Virus record (IMG/VR): IMGVR_UViG_3300037805_000894
DNA length: 64,000 nucleotides
Source: a virus
Reading direction: 5' to 3' (one strand)
Positions 32,591-43,100 of the stretch are shown here, piece by piece. Position numbers and translations under genes: made by a program. How positions within the stretch are numbered: position 1 is the first letter of the stretch; every line of letters begins with the position of its first letter. The notes beneath the pieces are model-generated. The model was given only the letters and a program-made list of their open reading frames with translations. It ran no database searches and had not been told where the DNA came from.

Positions 32591-33119
32591 TACCTTGTAC
32601 GTGTCATGACCTATTACTTCTTTGATTATATGAAAGTATTTAGACAAGATGGTTTTCCATTCCTTTGGTTGCCATACTGTAAGGTGTAGGTTTCCTCCTT
32701 CTAGATCTAATATACCAGAAGGTCTCGTACTAATGTTAAAAAGAGAATAGCTTAGACGATAGTTTAGAGGTGTTTAATAGACATTCTTCTACTACTTCTG
32801 GAGGAAGATGCTCTAGTACATCTACTGATATCACTAATTCAAACTTATCGTCTTTAAATAAATTTAAAGAATGAAAGCCTCCTATATGGAAGGTCGCGTC
32901 TTTCCTTCTTCTCTTAGCTAGTTCTATAGCGCTTTTAGAAATATCAATACCGGTGTAGTCAGTAAACCGATGTGAAAACTCACCGCAGCCACAGCCTATA
33001 TCTAATACCTTTAAATTTCTATCTAGATTAAATACATCTAAAGAGTTGGAAGGAGTTCCAGCGTACCCTCTATCCCATACTTTATCGTACTTGTCTGCTT
33101 CTTCTTCGTACCATTTCAT
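32567..33119 (-). CDS. Class I SAM methyltransferase, split by a +1 frameshift near 32740
   Basis: LDIGCGCG, GIDIS, DVLEHL in the 127-aa ORF. The +1 frame continues FNISTRPS..GGNLHLTVW to a stop at 32567. Confidence 0.7.
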
Positions 33120-33800
33120 TTAAATAATCTCCTCATCAAGAATTCGTGTAATCACTAGTCCATCTCTTGTATCTAGATGGAAGCTAGATAGAGAATTATC
33201 ATAGTACCTAGCGTCATGATCAAAGTACTTTATAGCTTCTATAACTAGATCGTGCATCCCGTTCATCCATAGTATTAAGCATTTTTCCTCCAAGATGTCT
33301 TCCATTAAAGGGAGGGCTCTACCAAGTCCACTTTTACGCGGTCCATCAACTACGACAAAATCATACTTACCTGTTACCTTTTTATAGCGCGAGGTAACAC
33401 GCTCCCCCTCCCAGGGTTTAGATAAGAGCATGTCATGTTTATTGCGGTATTCCTCAGCAACATCAAGATCAGCATGTAAGGGTTGTTTGAACTTAGCCTC
33501 TAACTGCACCTTTTCTTCTATCGTGGAGACGATCTCAGTGGTGACTCCCTCCTTGTATACTCCAGCTTTTTTTTGAACATGTTGTAGAATAGCTTCATGT
33601 TCTTCTACAATATGAACTTTGGCATAGTTCTGGTAAGCATACATTGATCCTATAATGGAAGCATTAGACGCTCCTAAGAATAAAATAGACTTAGGAGAGC
33701 TAAGCTCCATTAGAGTATACATAGTAGTCACACTATCATTAGAGGGTGACCATGGATCCGCAGATAAATTTAATTCAGTTAAGAAGGCGCTTGAATGCAT
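33120..33800 (-). CDS. Putative class I SAM methyltransferase
   Basis: PKSILFLG, VEEH, YDFVVVDGP. Confidence 0.65.
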   Translation of the reverse strand: MHSSAFLTELNLSADPWSPSNDSVTTMYTLMELSSPKSILFLGASNASIIGSMYAYQNYAKVHIVEEHEAILQHVQKKAGVYKEGVTTEIVSTIEEKVQLEAKFKQPLHADLDVAEEYRNKHDMLLSKPWEGERVTSRYKKVTGKYDFVVVDGPRKSGLGRALPLMEDILEEKCLILWMNGMHDLVIEAIKYFDHDARYYDNSLSSFHLDTRDGLVITRILDEEII

Positions 33801-34101
33801 CCATTAAGTATAACAGAGTTAAGCATTCAGGACTACCATATATAACGTTATTAAAAGGACACAAGCCAGGTCACCATTATTAGTGACCCAGCCGTCTATT
33901 TTATCATATAATTTTAAGAGTATTTTACTCAAAACATTTTATAACGAGCCAAAGAAAGGGAGTCCGAAAACTACACCTAGGACATATCCTAAAACAAGTC
34001 CAGTAATGAAGGGGGCGTTTTTAACACCTAGATCTTTTACAGTATTTTTGAAAGTTGACATGGGTACATTATACATGCTCCCTATAGAGTCAAAAAAAGA
34101 A

Positions 34102-34521
34102 TTAAAGCTTTTTTAGGCTTCCATCTATGTAAGCTTCTAACTTTTTAATCCTTGAATAGAAGGCTTCGCCTTTATTTCGGCGTTTAAGCGTGTATAGGAA
34201 AGAACCCAAGAAGAATAGGGATATGCCTATTATTACCAAGATACCTAAATCATAAATCTGTCCTATGATCCCTTTCTCAGCAGTATTCACTACCGAATGG
34301 ATATCACCCATAGTCAAGGCTTTTATTTGCTCTTCCTTCTCTTGTATCTCATCCTCCTGAAGATAGAGGTCAACCGCCGCTATCCCCGCCCCAACCCCAA
34401 CAGCTATTCCAGGAGGACCCGCAAGAGCGCCTGCACCTCCTCCAACGAGCGCTCCACCAGTTCTCAGCAGCGTGGAACATGAAGTGAACGCTAATATAGT
34501 TATAAGTAGGAAGTTTTTCAT
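34102..34521 (-). CDS. Putative lipoprotein/membrane protein (lysis-associated, spanin-like?)
   Basis: Lipobox-like AFTSC signal, glycine zipper, C-terminal TM segment. Confidence 0.5.
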   Translation of the reverse strand: MKNFLLITILAFTSCSTLLRTGGALVGGGAGALAGPPGIAVGVGAGIAAVDLYLQEDEIQEKEEQIKALTMGDIHSVVNTAEKGIIGQIYDLGILVIIGISLFFLGSFLYTLKRRNKGEAFYSRIKKLEAYIDGSLKKL

Positions 34522-34907
34522 TTTTTGTCTATTTTGGATACAACATCCTCAGCTATTGTATCCGTTAAAGCTTTCGCTGCGGATATATCATTAAAAGCAC
34601 ACGGACGACTTCCTACAATTCTGTTTACCCCTACTTCAACACGATCTTCTCTTTCTTTAATTTGCTCAAGAAGCCTCTCTTGTCGTTTAGCTGTAATGCT
34701 TAGTTCTTCTATTATTTCTGTTAACTTGTCTATAGTAGCTTTATTAGCCTGCTGACATTCTCTAATAGCTTTGTTTACAGTCCGTGACGTCACTTGCCAT
34801 AAACCCATGACTGTTACTATCACAGAACCGAGCACTTCTAAACCAAAAACCCACAAGGGGACATCTGGTGCCGTTTCCTGAATTAATGATACAATTGAAT
34901 TTAACAA
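34518..34907 (-). CDS. Membrane-anchored coiled-coil protein (holin-like?)
   Basis: N-terminal TM plus coiled coil; coupled to the lipoprotein gene. Confidence 0.4.
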   Translation of the reverse strand: MLNSIVSLIQETAPDVPLWVFGLEVLGSVIVTVMGLWQVTSRTVNKAIRECQQANKATIDKLTEIIEELSITAKRQERLLEQIKEREDRVEVGVNRIVGSRPCAFNDISAAKALTDTIAEDVVSKIDKK

Positions 34908-34975
34908 AATAAAAAGTCCTAACCTATTTATATTATAGGTTAGGATATATCATAACGAAAATATGCTTTCATTTT

Positions 34976-35335
34976 TTAGTTAAAGTCAGCTACGCCGCTC
35001 TCGGATATGGCTATTAGATTTGGATCTATTTCCTCGTCTAATAAGCATATTTCATACTCATTATAGAGTTTTAAAATCTGCTGTGCTCGATACACAATGA
35101 TTTGCATCTGTGCTCTATTCAATTCTAGTGCGGCGCGCACCGTAGAACGACGCGCTTGCTTAATCGAGTCTAAGCTCATATAATGAGGATTCATAGTTTC
35201 TTTTGTGTTACGTAGTAAGCCTAAGCCGACCATGCGTTTCTCTTCATTTGGGTTATTAATAATTTTAAAACCAATCATTAGAAAGTCGGTATTGGGGTCT
35301 TCATACACTTTCGGTGTTTCAATTTTATGTGTCAT
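34976..35335 (-). CDS. Hypothetical protein
   Basis: 119 aa; AGGTATAAT 5 nt before ATG. Confidence 0.6.
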   Translation of the reverse strand: MTHKIETPKVYEDPNTDFLMIGFKIINNPNEEKRMVGLGLLRNTKETMNPHYMSLDSIKQARRSTVRAALELNRAQMQIIVYRAQQILKLYNEYEICLLDEEIDPNLIAISESGVADFN

Positions 35336-35380
35336 AAAATATTATACCTTGAAGAGTTACATTTTTAATAACTAAATTAT

Positions 35381-36118
35381 ATGTCAAAAAAACCAGAATT
35401 AAGAGTCGGTGTCCTTAGCGATATCCATGTCCCCTTCCAAGATAAAAAAGCAACCAAGATGGCTTTAGAGTATTTAGAAAATTCTAATCTGGATAAACTA
35501 GTCTTGTTAGGAGATATAGCAGATTTTCTTGCAGTAAGTCGCTATGGTAAATCGCTACACCGCCGAGCTAGTTTAAATGATGAGTTAGAGCAGACAAAAG
35601 ATTTCCTTGCTGACGTAAGAGATAGGTTCCCAAAAACAGATATCATCTATACAAAAGGAAATCATGAAGATCGCTGGGACAGGTATGTAACGGATCGAGC
35701 CCCTGAGTTTGGGGAGTTAGGCATTTTGCGCCTTCCTAAAGTTTTAGAGCTTAAGAAGATGGGGATAAAGTGGGAGAAAGATAAGTTTTGTTTAAATGGT
35801 ATGATTTTTTACCATGGGGATGGACGCTGTTCTAGAAACGCTGGATATACAGCCACGGCTTGGATGAATCACTTTATGAAGTCCTGCATAATAGGACACA
35901 TACATAGATCCGCTGTTATTTATAAACGATATGGTACAGGGCAAACAATGGTAGGCGTTGAGAATCCCTGCCTCTGCGAATTAGATCCAGAATATGATAA
36001 AGGAGGTACATGTAACTGGCAGCATGGTGGCACCTTATTATTAATGAATACAGGGAGTCATATTAATACCCCCTATCCGTTCCGTATTGAGGGGAATAAG
36101 ATTTACGGCACGATATGA
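35381..36118 (+). CDS. Calcineurin-like metallophosphoesterase
   Basis: SDIH, GDIAD, GNHE, HG, GHIH motifs. Confidence 0.9.
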   Translation: MSKKPELRVGVLSDIHVPFQDKKATKMALEYLENSNLDKLVLLGDIADFLAVSRYGKSLHRRASLNDELEQTKDFLADVRDRFPKTDIIYTKGNHEDRWDRYVTDRAPEFGELGILRLPKVLELKKMGIKWEKDKFCLNGMIFYHGDGRCSRNAGYTATAWMNHFMKSCIIGHIHRSAVIYKRYGTGQTMVGVENPCLCELDPEYDKGGTCNWQHGGTLLLMNTGSHINTPYPFRIEGNKIYGTI

Positions 36119-36423
36119 AAAAAATAAAGAGCATACGAATTTTAGGCGTAGATATCCCTATCGTTGTCTGCTCTACGAAAGAAAAGAATAATTTAGAACC
36201 TAATACATGGGGGGAGTATGATTCTAAAAAACTAGAGATAAGAGTCGAATCCTCCCTTGCGGATGATCACAAAAAAATAGTTATATTACATGAAGCAATC
36301 CACTGCATCGATGATTTTTTAGATCTAAACCTATCTCATCGTGCAGTGTATGCCCTATCCCAATGTTTTTTTGCCCTCTTAAAAGAGAACAGTAAATTTA
36401 TTGAATGGATATATGGAAAGTAA
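36115..36423 (+). CDS. Small HEXXH metallopeptidase-like protein
   Basis: ILHEAIH; similar to 3402-3722. Confidence 0.7.
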   Translation: MKKIKSIRILGVDIPIVVCSTKEKNNLEPNTWGEYDSKKLEIRVESSLADDHKKIVILHEAIHCIDDFLDLNLSHRAVYALSQCFFALLKENSKFIEWIYGK

Positions 36424-37098
36424 ACTTCACTTTATCTAAGAACGGGAGGCGGTGGCCCTGTGACATAAGCGTAGCGCATAGTTACACGGGCTCCGCCTAT
36501 TCCCGGCTTTCGTTTGAGCACGTGTCCTTACTGGTCACGTTGAGGTGGAAACCACCTCTGTTTTATGAAGTAAATGTCTTTATTAAACCTCTGCCGGCGA
36601 AACTCGATCCGAAATCTCCAGGGTAAGAATTACCTGGGAATTTCGGATCGCTGTGACGCCTGTAAGAGTGTTTATTTTTTTCTACTGCTATTACAGTACA
36701 TTGTTAAGGAACCCTTAACTAAGTTAACATTTTTTTAATTCACTTTACCTCTTCAGCAGCCTTGCTCGCCGGCAGCCTACTGTAAGTTGGCGCCGCTAGC
36801 TTACATGAGGCTGCCGGCGAGCAAGGCTGCTGATGTGTTTGATTACATCCAAGCTGGCTTATCTTATGAAAAGGAAACCTTTTCTGTTTTATGAATTATT
36901 CTTCTCTACTTATTAGGCTTATTGAGTTTTTGCCTTTTTGGGTCTGCTCAAAGTACCTTTACATTACCGGAAAGTGTAACACCTTCTATTTTTTAGAGAA
37001 GCGAACCTTTAATAGTTTCAATAGTCCTTACTATTGCAAACTATGTTTATTTTTACACTATGGTAAATTTAGTGATATGGAAACCATATCTAAAGTAG
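36424..37098 (-). ncRNA. Array of four tandem retron msr-msd-like structured RNA units
   Basis: Four abutting units of 148, 161, 163 and 193 nt. Each has terminal inverted repeats, a conserved G-N4-GG(AAA/AAC)CC-N4-C hairpin (36542, 36703, 36868, 37074) and a distinct long hairpin. Promoter motif at 37108-37116; no credible ORF. Confidence 0.7.
36753..36833. repeat. 26-bp perfect inverted repeat with further internal stem (msd-like hairpin of unit 3)
   Basis: tcagcagccttgctcgccggcagcct (36753-36778) pairs with aggctgccggcgagcaaggctgctga (36808-36833). Confidence 0.95.
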
Positions 37099-37107
37099 TA
37101 CGAGTTT

Positions 37108-37116
37108 TTTATACCT
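37108..37116 (-). promoter_or_regulatory. Recurrent phage promoter motif (AGGTATAAA) pointing into the RNA array
   Basis: Same motif precedes about 10 other - strand transcription units, including the RT gene. Confidence 0.6.
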
Positions 37117-37190
37117 GCTCTTTCGGCGTTATTTAGATGATTTAGTCTTTTTACTACTTTTTGCTAGAATACCTTTACTAGGTTTTATTT

Positions 37191-40100
37191 ATGACTGATA
37201 GAATTAATACGTTTAAAACATCAATTGAAAAGGCCTTAACCTCTTCAATAAAAGGTATTCCAGTAGGCACAGGAAGAACACTAACACTAACCAATATAAT
37301 TATTGATGATCCAGACAGGTCCCTTAAAGCTGAACTAAAAGCGCGTCTAGCAGGACAAACCCATGGGAGCGCTATAAAAGGTCGTTTTATATTAAAAGAT
37401 ACTATTAATAATAAAGAAGAGAAGGTTACTAAACGGCTTTTTAAATTACCCATAAAAACAAATCGCGGGACTTATATATGGAATGGAAATGAGATTGTCA
37501 TAAAAAATCAATATCGTAGAAAGCCAGGTGTTTACGTCTCCCAAAATCAAGCAGGCGCTTACGGCGCTTCCTTCAATATGGCAGCGGGTAATTCACAGTT
37601 TGATCAGAGAGTAGCTGTTGAGTTAGTACCAGAGACAGGTAAATTCCTATTTAAAATAAAAGATTCTAAGTTTAGTTTATTTGCGCTAATAAAAGCCTTT
37701 AATGTCTCTGATAGCCAACTTAAAACGGCGATGGGAGATAAGCTTTTTAGAGTTAACTATACAGATAATTTAAATAGTGAGCTTAAAAAAATAGCTAAAC
37801 GATTAACAGGAAAAACCTATTCATCCTTCGTTGAAGCCTCGGAAGATATACGTGAGAAATTCACAGGTATCTCTTTTGAGGGAGGCTCTAATGAAATTAC
37901 GTTAGGCAAAGGATATGATAAAGTTTCACCTTCTTTCTGGTTGGCTTTAACTGCTAAGCTAAGAAAAACTGCAGCGGGTATTCAAAAACCAGACGATGTT
38001 AATGCTTCTTACTTTAGAGAATATCTAACACCAGAAGATAATATAGTAGAATCTATCACTGCAGCTACTTCTAAGTTTGTTACTAGAGTACGAAGAAGAG
38101 GGGGTAAAAAAGATTTAAAAAGCATTCTTTCAGCTAGTAAATTTGAAAAGCCTATTTATGATCTTTTTTCTAGTAGCTCTCTAAAAGAGTACACAGACCA
38201 AACTAACCCGCTTGACTGGATTTCAGGCGAAGACGCATTAACCGTATTCGGACCAGGCGGGATTAGTCAAGCGCGAGCTGTAAGTGATGATATGCGCACA
38301 TTACAACCAACGCTACATGGCATCGCTGATCCACTAGCCTCCCCTGAATCAGCCGATAAAATCGGTGTGGTGCTTCATAGGACAGTAGGCTCGGCCATAA
38401 AAGGTGGTGTTCCTCATATAAAAGTAGTTGATAGAGCGAACAAAGCTACGACCATCTCCTCTTATGCTTTTGCCAATACAGTAATTGGTATAGGTGATCC
38501 TGCAAATAAAGGAAGTATTAGCGGATTCAAGAACGGGATTGCTCAGCAGATAAAAGCGTCCACTGCTAAATATTTTATGAAACCAGAGAGCCTATTTAGT
38601 AAAGTATCTAATATGATCCCCATGCTCGGTTCAACCTATGGGGTAAGAGCTAATGTAGGGAATAAACAATATACGCAATCATTACCTCTTAAATATAGAG
38701 AGGCGCCTTTAGTAACTACACAGTATGAGCAGACGCATAGCAATAAAGGGAGTAGAGATTTCCCTAGCGTAGATATGCAAGGTAATATTATTGCTATCGA
38801 ATCAGGTACTATTCAAGCAGTGAGGCAAGACAAGATAGTCCTAAAAAGTCTTAACGGGACTTTGTTAGATCATGAATATCCTTCTGATTTTCCGCTTAAT
38901 ACTGAATCGTTTATGGATACAAATGTAATAGTAAAAGCAGGAGATAGTGTAAAGAAAGGGCAACGCTTAGCTGATTCAGTTTTTTCTAAAGACGGGAAAC
39001 TGGCTTTAGGTACTAATCTTAAAACAGGGTTCTTAGCCTATAAAGGTTATAATTTCGAAGATGGGTTCGTGGTCAGTGAGGGAGCGGCAAAGAAGCTAAC
39101 ATCCCTACATTTACTAGAATTCGAAGTTGAAAAAGGAAAAGATGTTGTAATAGGAAAAGGTTCATATGTTTCACTCTTCCCAGGGTCGGCTTCAATAACG
39201 AATCTCGCAAACTACGATGATAATGGTTTAATTAAAGAAGGCACTATAGTTGAATATGGTATTCCGCTTATATTAGCTTATGAAAAACGCGAGTTAACAC
39301 CAGCACAAGCCGCTATATCTACTCTAAATAAAAAAATATCTCAATTACTAGCTCCTCGCGATATAAGCCCTATTTATAACAAAAATGTACCTGGGGTTGT
39401 TACACGGGTTTATCAAGACAATAAACATAATAAAGTTTTTGTTAAAACAGAAGAACCCGCTGTAGAGGGGGATAAAATGGCTACACGCTATGGCGGTAAA
39501 GGGATTATCACTAAGATTGTAGCTGATGCCCAGATGCCAGTGGGCGCGGATGGGAGTCCCTTAGAAGTTCTCTTCAATCCGCATGGCATACCAAGTCGAA
39601 TGAATCCATCCCAGATGATAGAAAGTTCCTTGGGTAAAATAGCAAAAAAAGAGGGGAAGATATACGCTTTAAAGCAGTTCGACGAGAGGGGGCATGTAAA
39701 TATAGCTAAGCAAGAACAAGCCCGTTCAGGGATTCACGACGAAGAAACGGTAACTGACCCAGAAACAGGAAAAACCATGACGAATGTTCATGTTGGTCAG
39801 CTTTATTTTAATAAACTCAAGCATAGTGTAAGAAAGAAGATTAAAGCAGGTGAGACCGGTTATTACGATGTTCAATACGAGCAGCCAAAGAAGACTGAAA
39901 CAAATGGAACTAGGGCTATTGATGGCCTCTCCTTTTATAGTTTATTGGCAGGCGGAGCAAGAAAGAATCTCGCCGAGATGGCGAATATAAAAGGTACAAA
40001 AAACGATGAGTTTTGGAGAGCTATGCATTCCGGAATGCCGCTACCTAATCCAAAAGTCCCTGCTATGCAAGATAACTTTTTATCTTCTTTGCAAGCTTTA

Positions 40101-43100
40101 GGTTTAAACACTTTTAAGACAAAGGATTCATTAGCACTCACGCCTTCTACCACAGAAGATATTCTTAAGCAGAGCAACGGAGAGATCCGTGAAGCTAAAT
40201 TTATGCGTTCACGCGATATGAAACCAGAGGTGGGCGGTTTTTATGACCCTGCGCTAACTGGAGGTGATGCGGGAACAAAATGGACACACATCTCTTTAGC
40301 TGAGCCTATACCTAATCCGATTTTTGAAAGAGCAATCACAAAAACATTGGGTATCACAACAAAAGTTTTCAATGCGATTCTAAAAGGAAAAACTAAAGTA
40401 TCGGAGGATGGCACTATATCTAAAGATGGTGTTCTTTTTGGAGGGAAGGCTATTGCTACTATGCTTGATGCTATAAATATAGATAAGCAGTTAAAAGAAT
40501 TAAGAGCACAAGGAAAACAACAGGGTTTAGATAAAGAATGGGGGGATTTAAATAATACTAATACAAAAATACGCTTCTTATCTAACATTAAAGTATTAGG
40601 GAAAAAACCTTCTGAGTTGTATGTACTAAACGCTTTCCCTATTCTGCCTCCTAAATTCAGGCAGATGACTATTTTGCCAACTGGTACAGTACAAAATCCA
40701 CCTATAAACGAGCTTTATCAGTCTCTAAAATTAGAAAGCGACGGATTGAAGAATTTAAAAGCTCTAGATTTTTACGATGACGAAACAGTAGGTACACGTA
40801 TTGAGCAACTATACAAGCACGCAGGTGCAGTGTTTGGTACAACAGACCCTGTATCTTTCCAGCTAAAACAGCGTGCATCTGAGAAAGGTATCTTACGTCA
40901 GCTAGCCCCTAAATCAGGAGGTAAGTTAGGTGTAATACAACAGAAGATGATGCGGAAAAAACAGGACATAAGTGGTGGTTCTACTATTACAGTAGACCCC
41001 AACTTGCCGTTAGATCATGTAGGCGTTCCAGAAGACATGGCTTTCAAGATCATGAAACCATTCATAACTAGAAAAATGGTGCAAAATGGGTACACACCCA
41101 TTAAAGCTTTGGAGGCCATAAAAGATAGAACACCAGTAGCGCGTCACCAGCTCGACGAAGTAATGAAAGAACGTCCCGTAATGGTTAACCGACACCCCTC
41201 TTTACATAAGTTTAATTTTATGTCGCAGTGGGGTCGAGTTGTCCCAGGGCAGGCTATCATGCTTAACCCCCTAGTAATCCATGGCTTTAATGCTGATTTT
41301 GATGGGGATTCCATGATAGGCGATATTTGGCTAAGTGCCCCTGGCGAGTATAATATTGATAATGGCGACAGTATTGTAAAAACAAAACTGTGTATTACTA
41401 CCAATATTGCAGATATACCTCACGGAGATCTCATAGAAAGAAAAGCTAATAAAGAGATATACTCTGTGCCTAAAGGAATGACTGTTCCTGCTATAGCACC
41501 TGATGGTACGATAGAGTTAAAAGAAGTTACTAAATTTCATAAACATAAAGGCTGCGAAGAATGGGAGGTAAAACTTACTGGCGACATTACTTTAAATGTT
41601 AGTGATAACCACAGTTTGGTTTGTTTTAATCCCGAGTTAAATATAGTTGAGAAAACAAAACCAGCCGACGCTTCTTTTCTATGTGTCCCTCGTCTTTTTG
41701 ATATTGAGTATGCTAATCCAAATAAGTTTGAGGGCGTATCTAATAGCCGCTCAGAACAAGAAAGACTGCATTTAATATCTAGTCTAGGTTTCTTTACTGG
41801 CTCTACGCGCAATAATAAAAAACGTGTCGGGGGATACACTTTTAGCAATTCTACTTTCCTAGAAGGTAGAGCTAGGCTAGTTAATGAGTATAAAGAGGCT
41901 CATTTTGATACACAAGGCCGCTTCATTAGTCCTTTTATTTTAAACTGGATAGACTCTAACGTCTACTTGAATGATGAGTTAAGGCTCCCTTCTTTTTTAA
42001 TAGGTGTTTCTAAAAAAGAAAGAGAAGCCTTTGTGTCTGGCCTAATTGAAGCCTCTATCATGCTTAATAAAGATTCTTTTGCTATAAGAGAAACAAAGAA
42101 CAAAGCCTTCTTAGATGACATAGCAAAGCTGGTCCAGTCCGTTGGCGTAGATGGTACATTCACTTCGAAGAAAATTAAAAACTGCTCTATCTATAGCTTA
42201 GAGTTTAAACAATTAGATGTAAAGAATTTTTACCTGAAGAATGCGCACTATTTCTCTGCTCTAAGCCGGGCCTTCTTGGATGATAGCAAGCTACTAAGTA
42301 TATCTTTAAAGGCACACGATTTTATCCCTGTACCTACTTTTGTAAGTATGCTCATTCTTGAAACTACCCGATTTAGAATAGATTCAAAAATGAAAGCTAA
42401 TAAATTACGCTATGCTTATTCATTAAAATCTTATAGCGATTGGATAGAACTCGGCTATGAGCCATGGACTCGTGCAGCTTTCAATTTCTTTTTATCACAT
42501 ATGACAGATGAGGAGCTGGAAGTTTTACCTAGGGAATATATGAAATTAGTACAGAACAAAGCCGTTAGATGGGGCTTAATTACTTCTTCCAGAAAGACAG
42601 GGCGCACTATTGATATGTATGATATCACCGTTAAGGATTACAAAAACTTTGCTACTGATTATGGTTATTTTGTATGGGACACAATGAATATGCATGTTCC
42701 AGTTACAGAAGGTGCACGACTTGAAGCAGCTAGAAAGCTGATGCCAAGCAACTCTTTGTTCGGTCCTGATCGCAATATCTTGCCAATGCCTTCTAACGAG
42801 GCTGTCCTCGGTCTTTATATATTGAGTAAAAAAGGAAAGAGCTCACAGAAAACGTACACAAATCTAAGTGCAGCAGAGGCTTCTTTCCTAAAAAACGAGA
42901 TAACTTTAAACGATGAAGTAACTATACAAGGTAAAAAAGTAAGCTTAGGTTGGGCTATTTTATACAAGAATATTCCAGCTAAATATCATTCCATTATAAA
43001 AGGGAAAAGTCTGGATAAAGGCGTTATTCAAGACTTAATTAAAGCTATATATAAAGAGAGTGCATCAAAAGCTGCCGATCTTTTAAACACCTTAAAAGAC

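Noticed and set aside
36424-37098. CRISPR array
   Set aside because: No identical direct repeats or uniform spacers; conservation is structural, and there are no cas genes in the window.
36405-37136. ORFs 36405-36626 and 36891-37136
   Set aside because: Short, atypical composition, and they run across long hairpins; better explained as non-coding structure.
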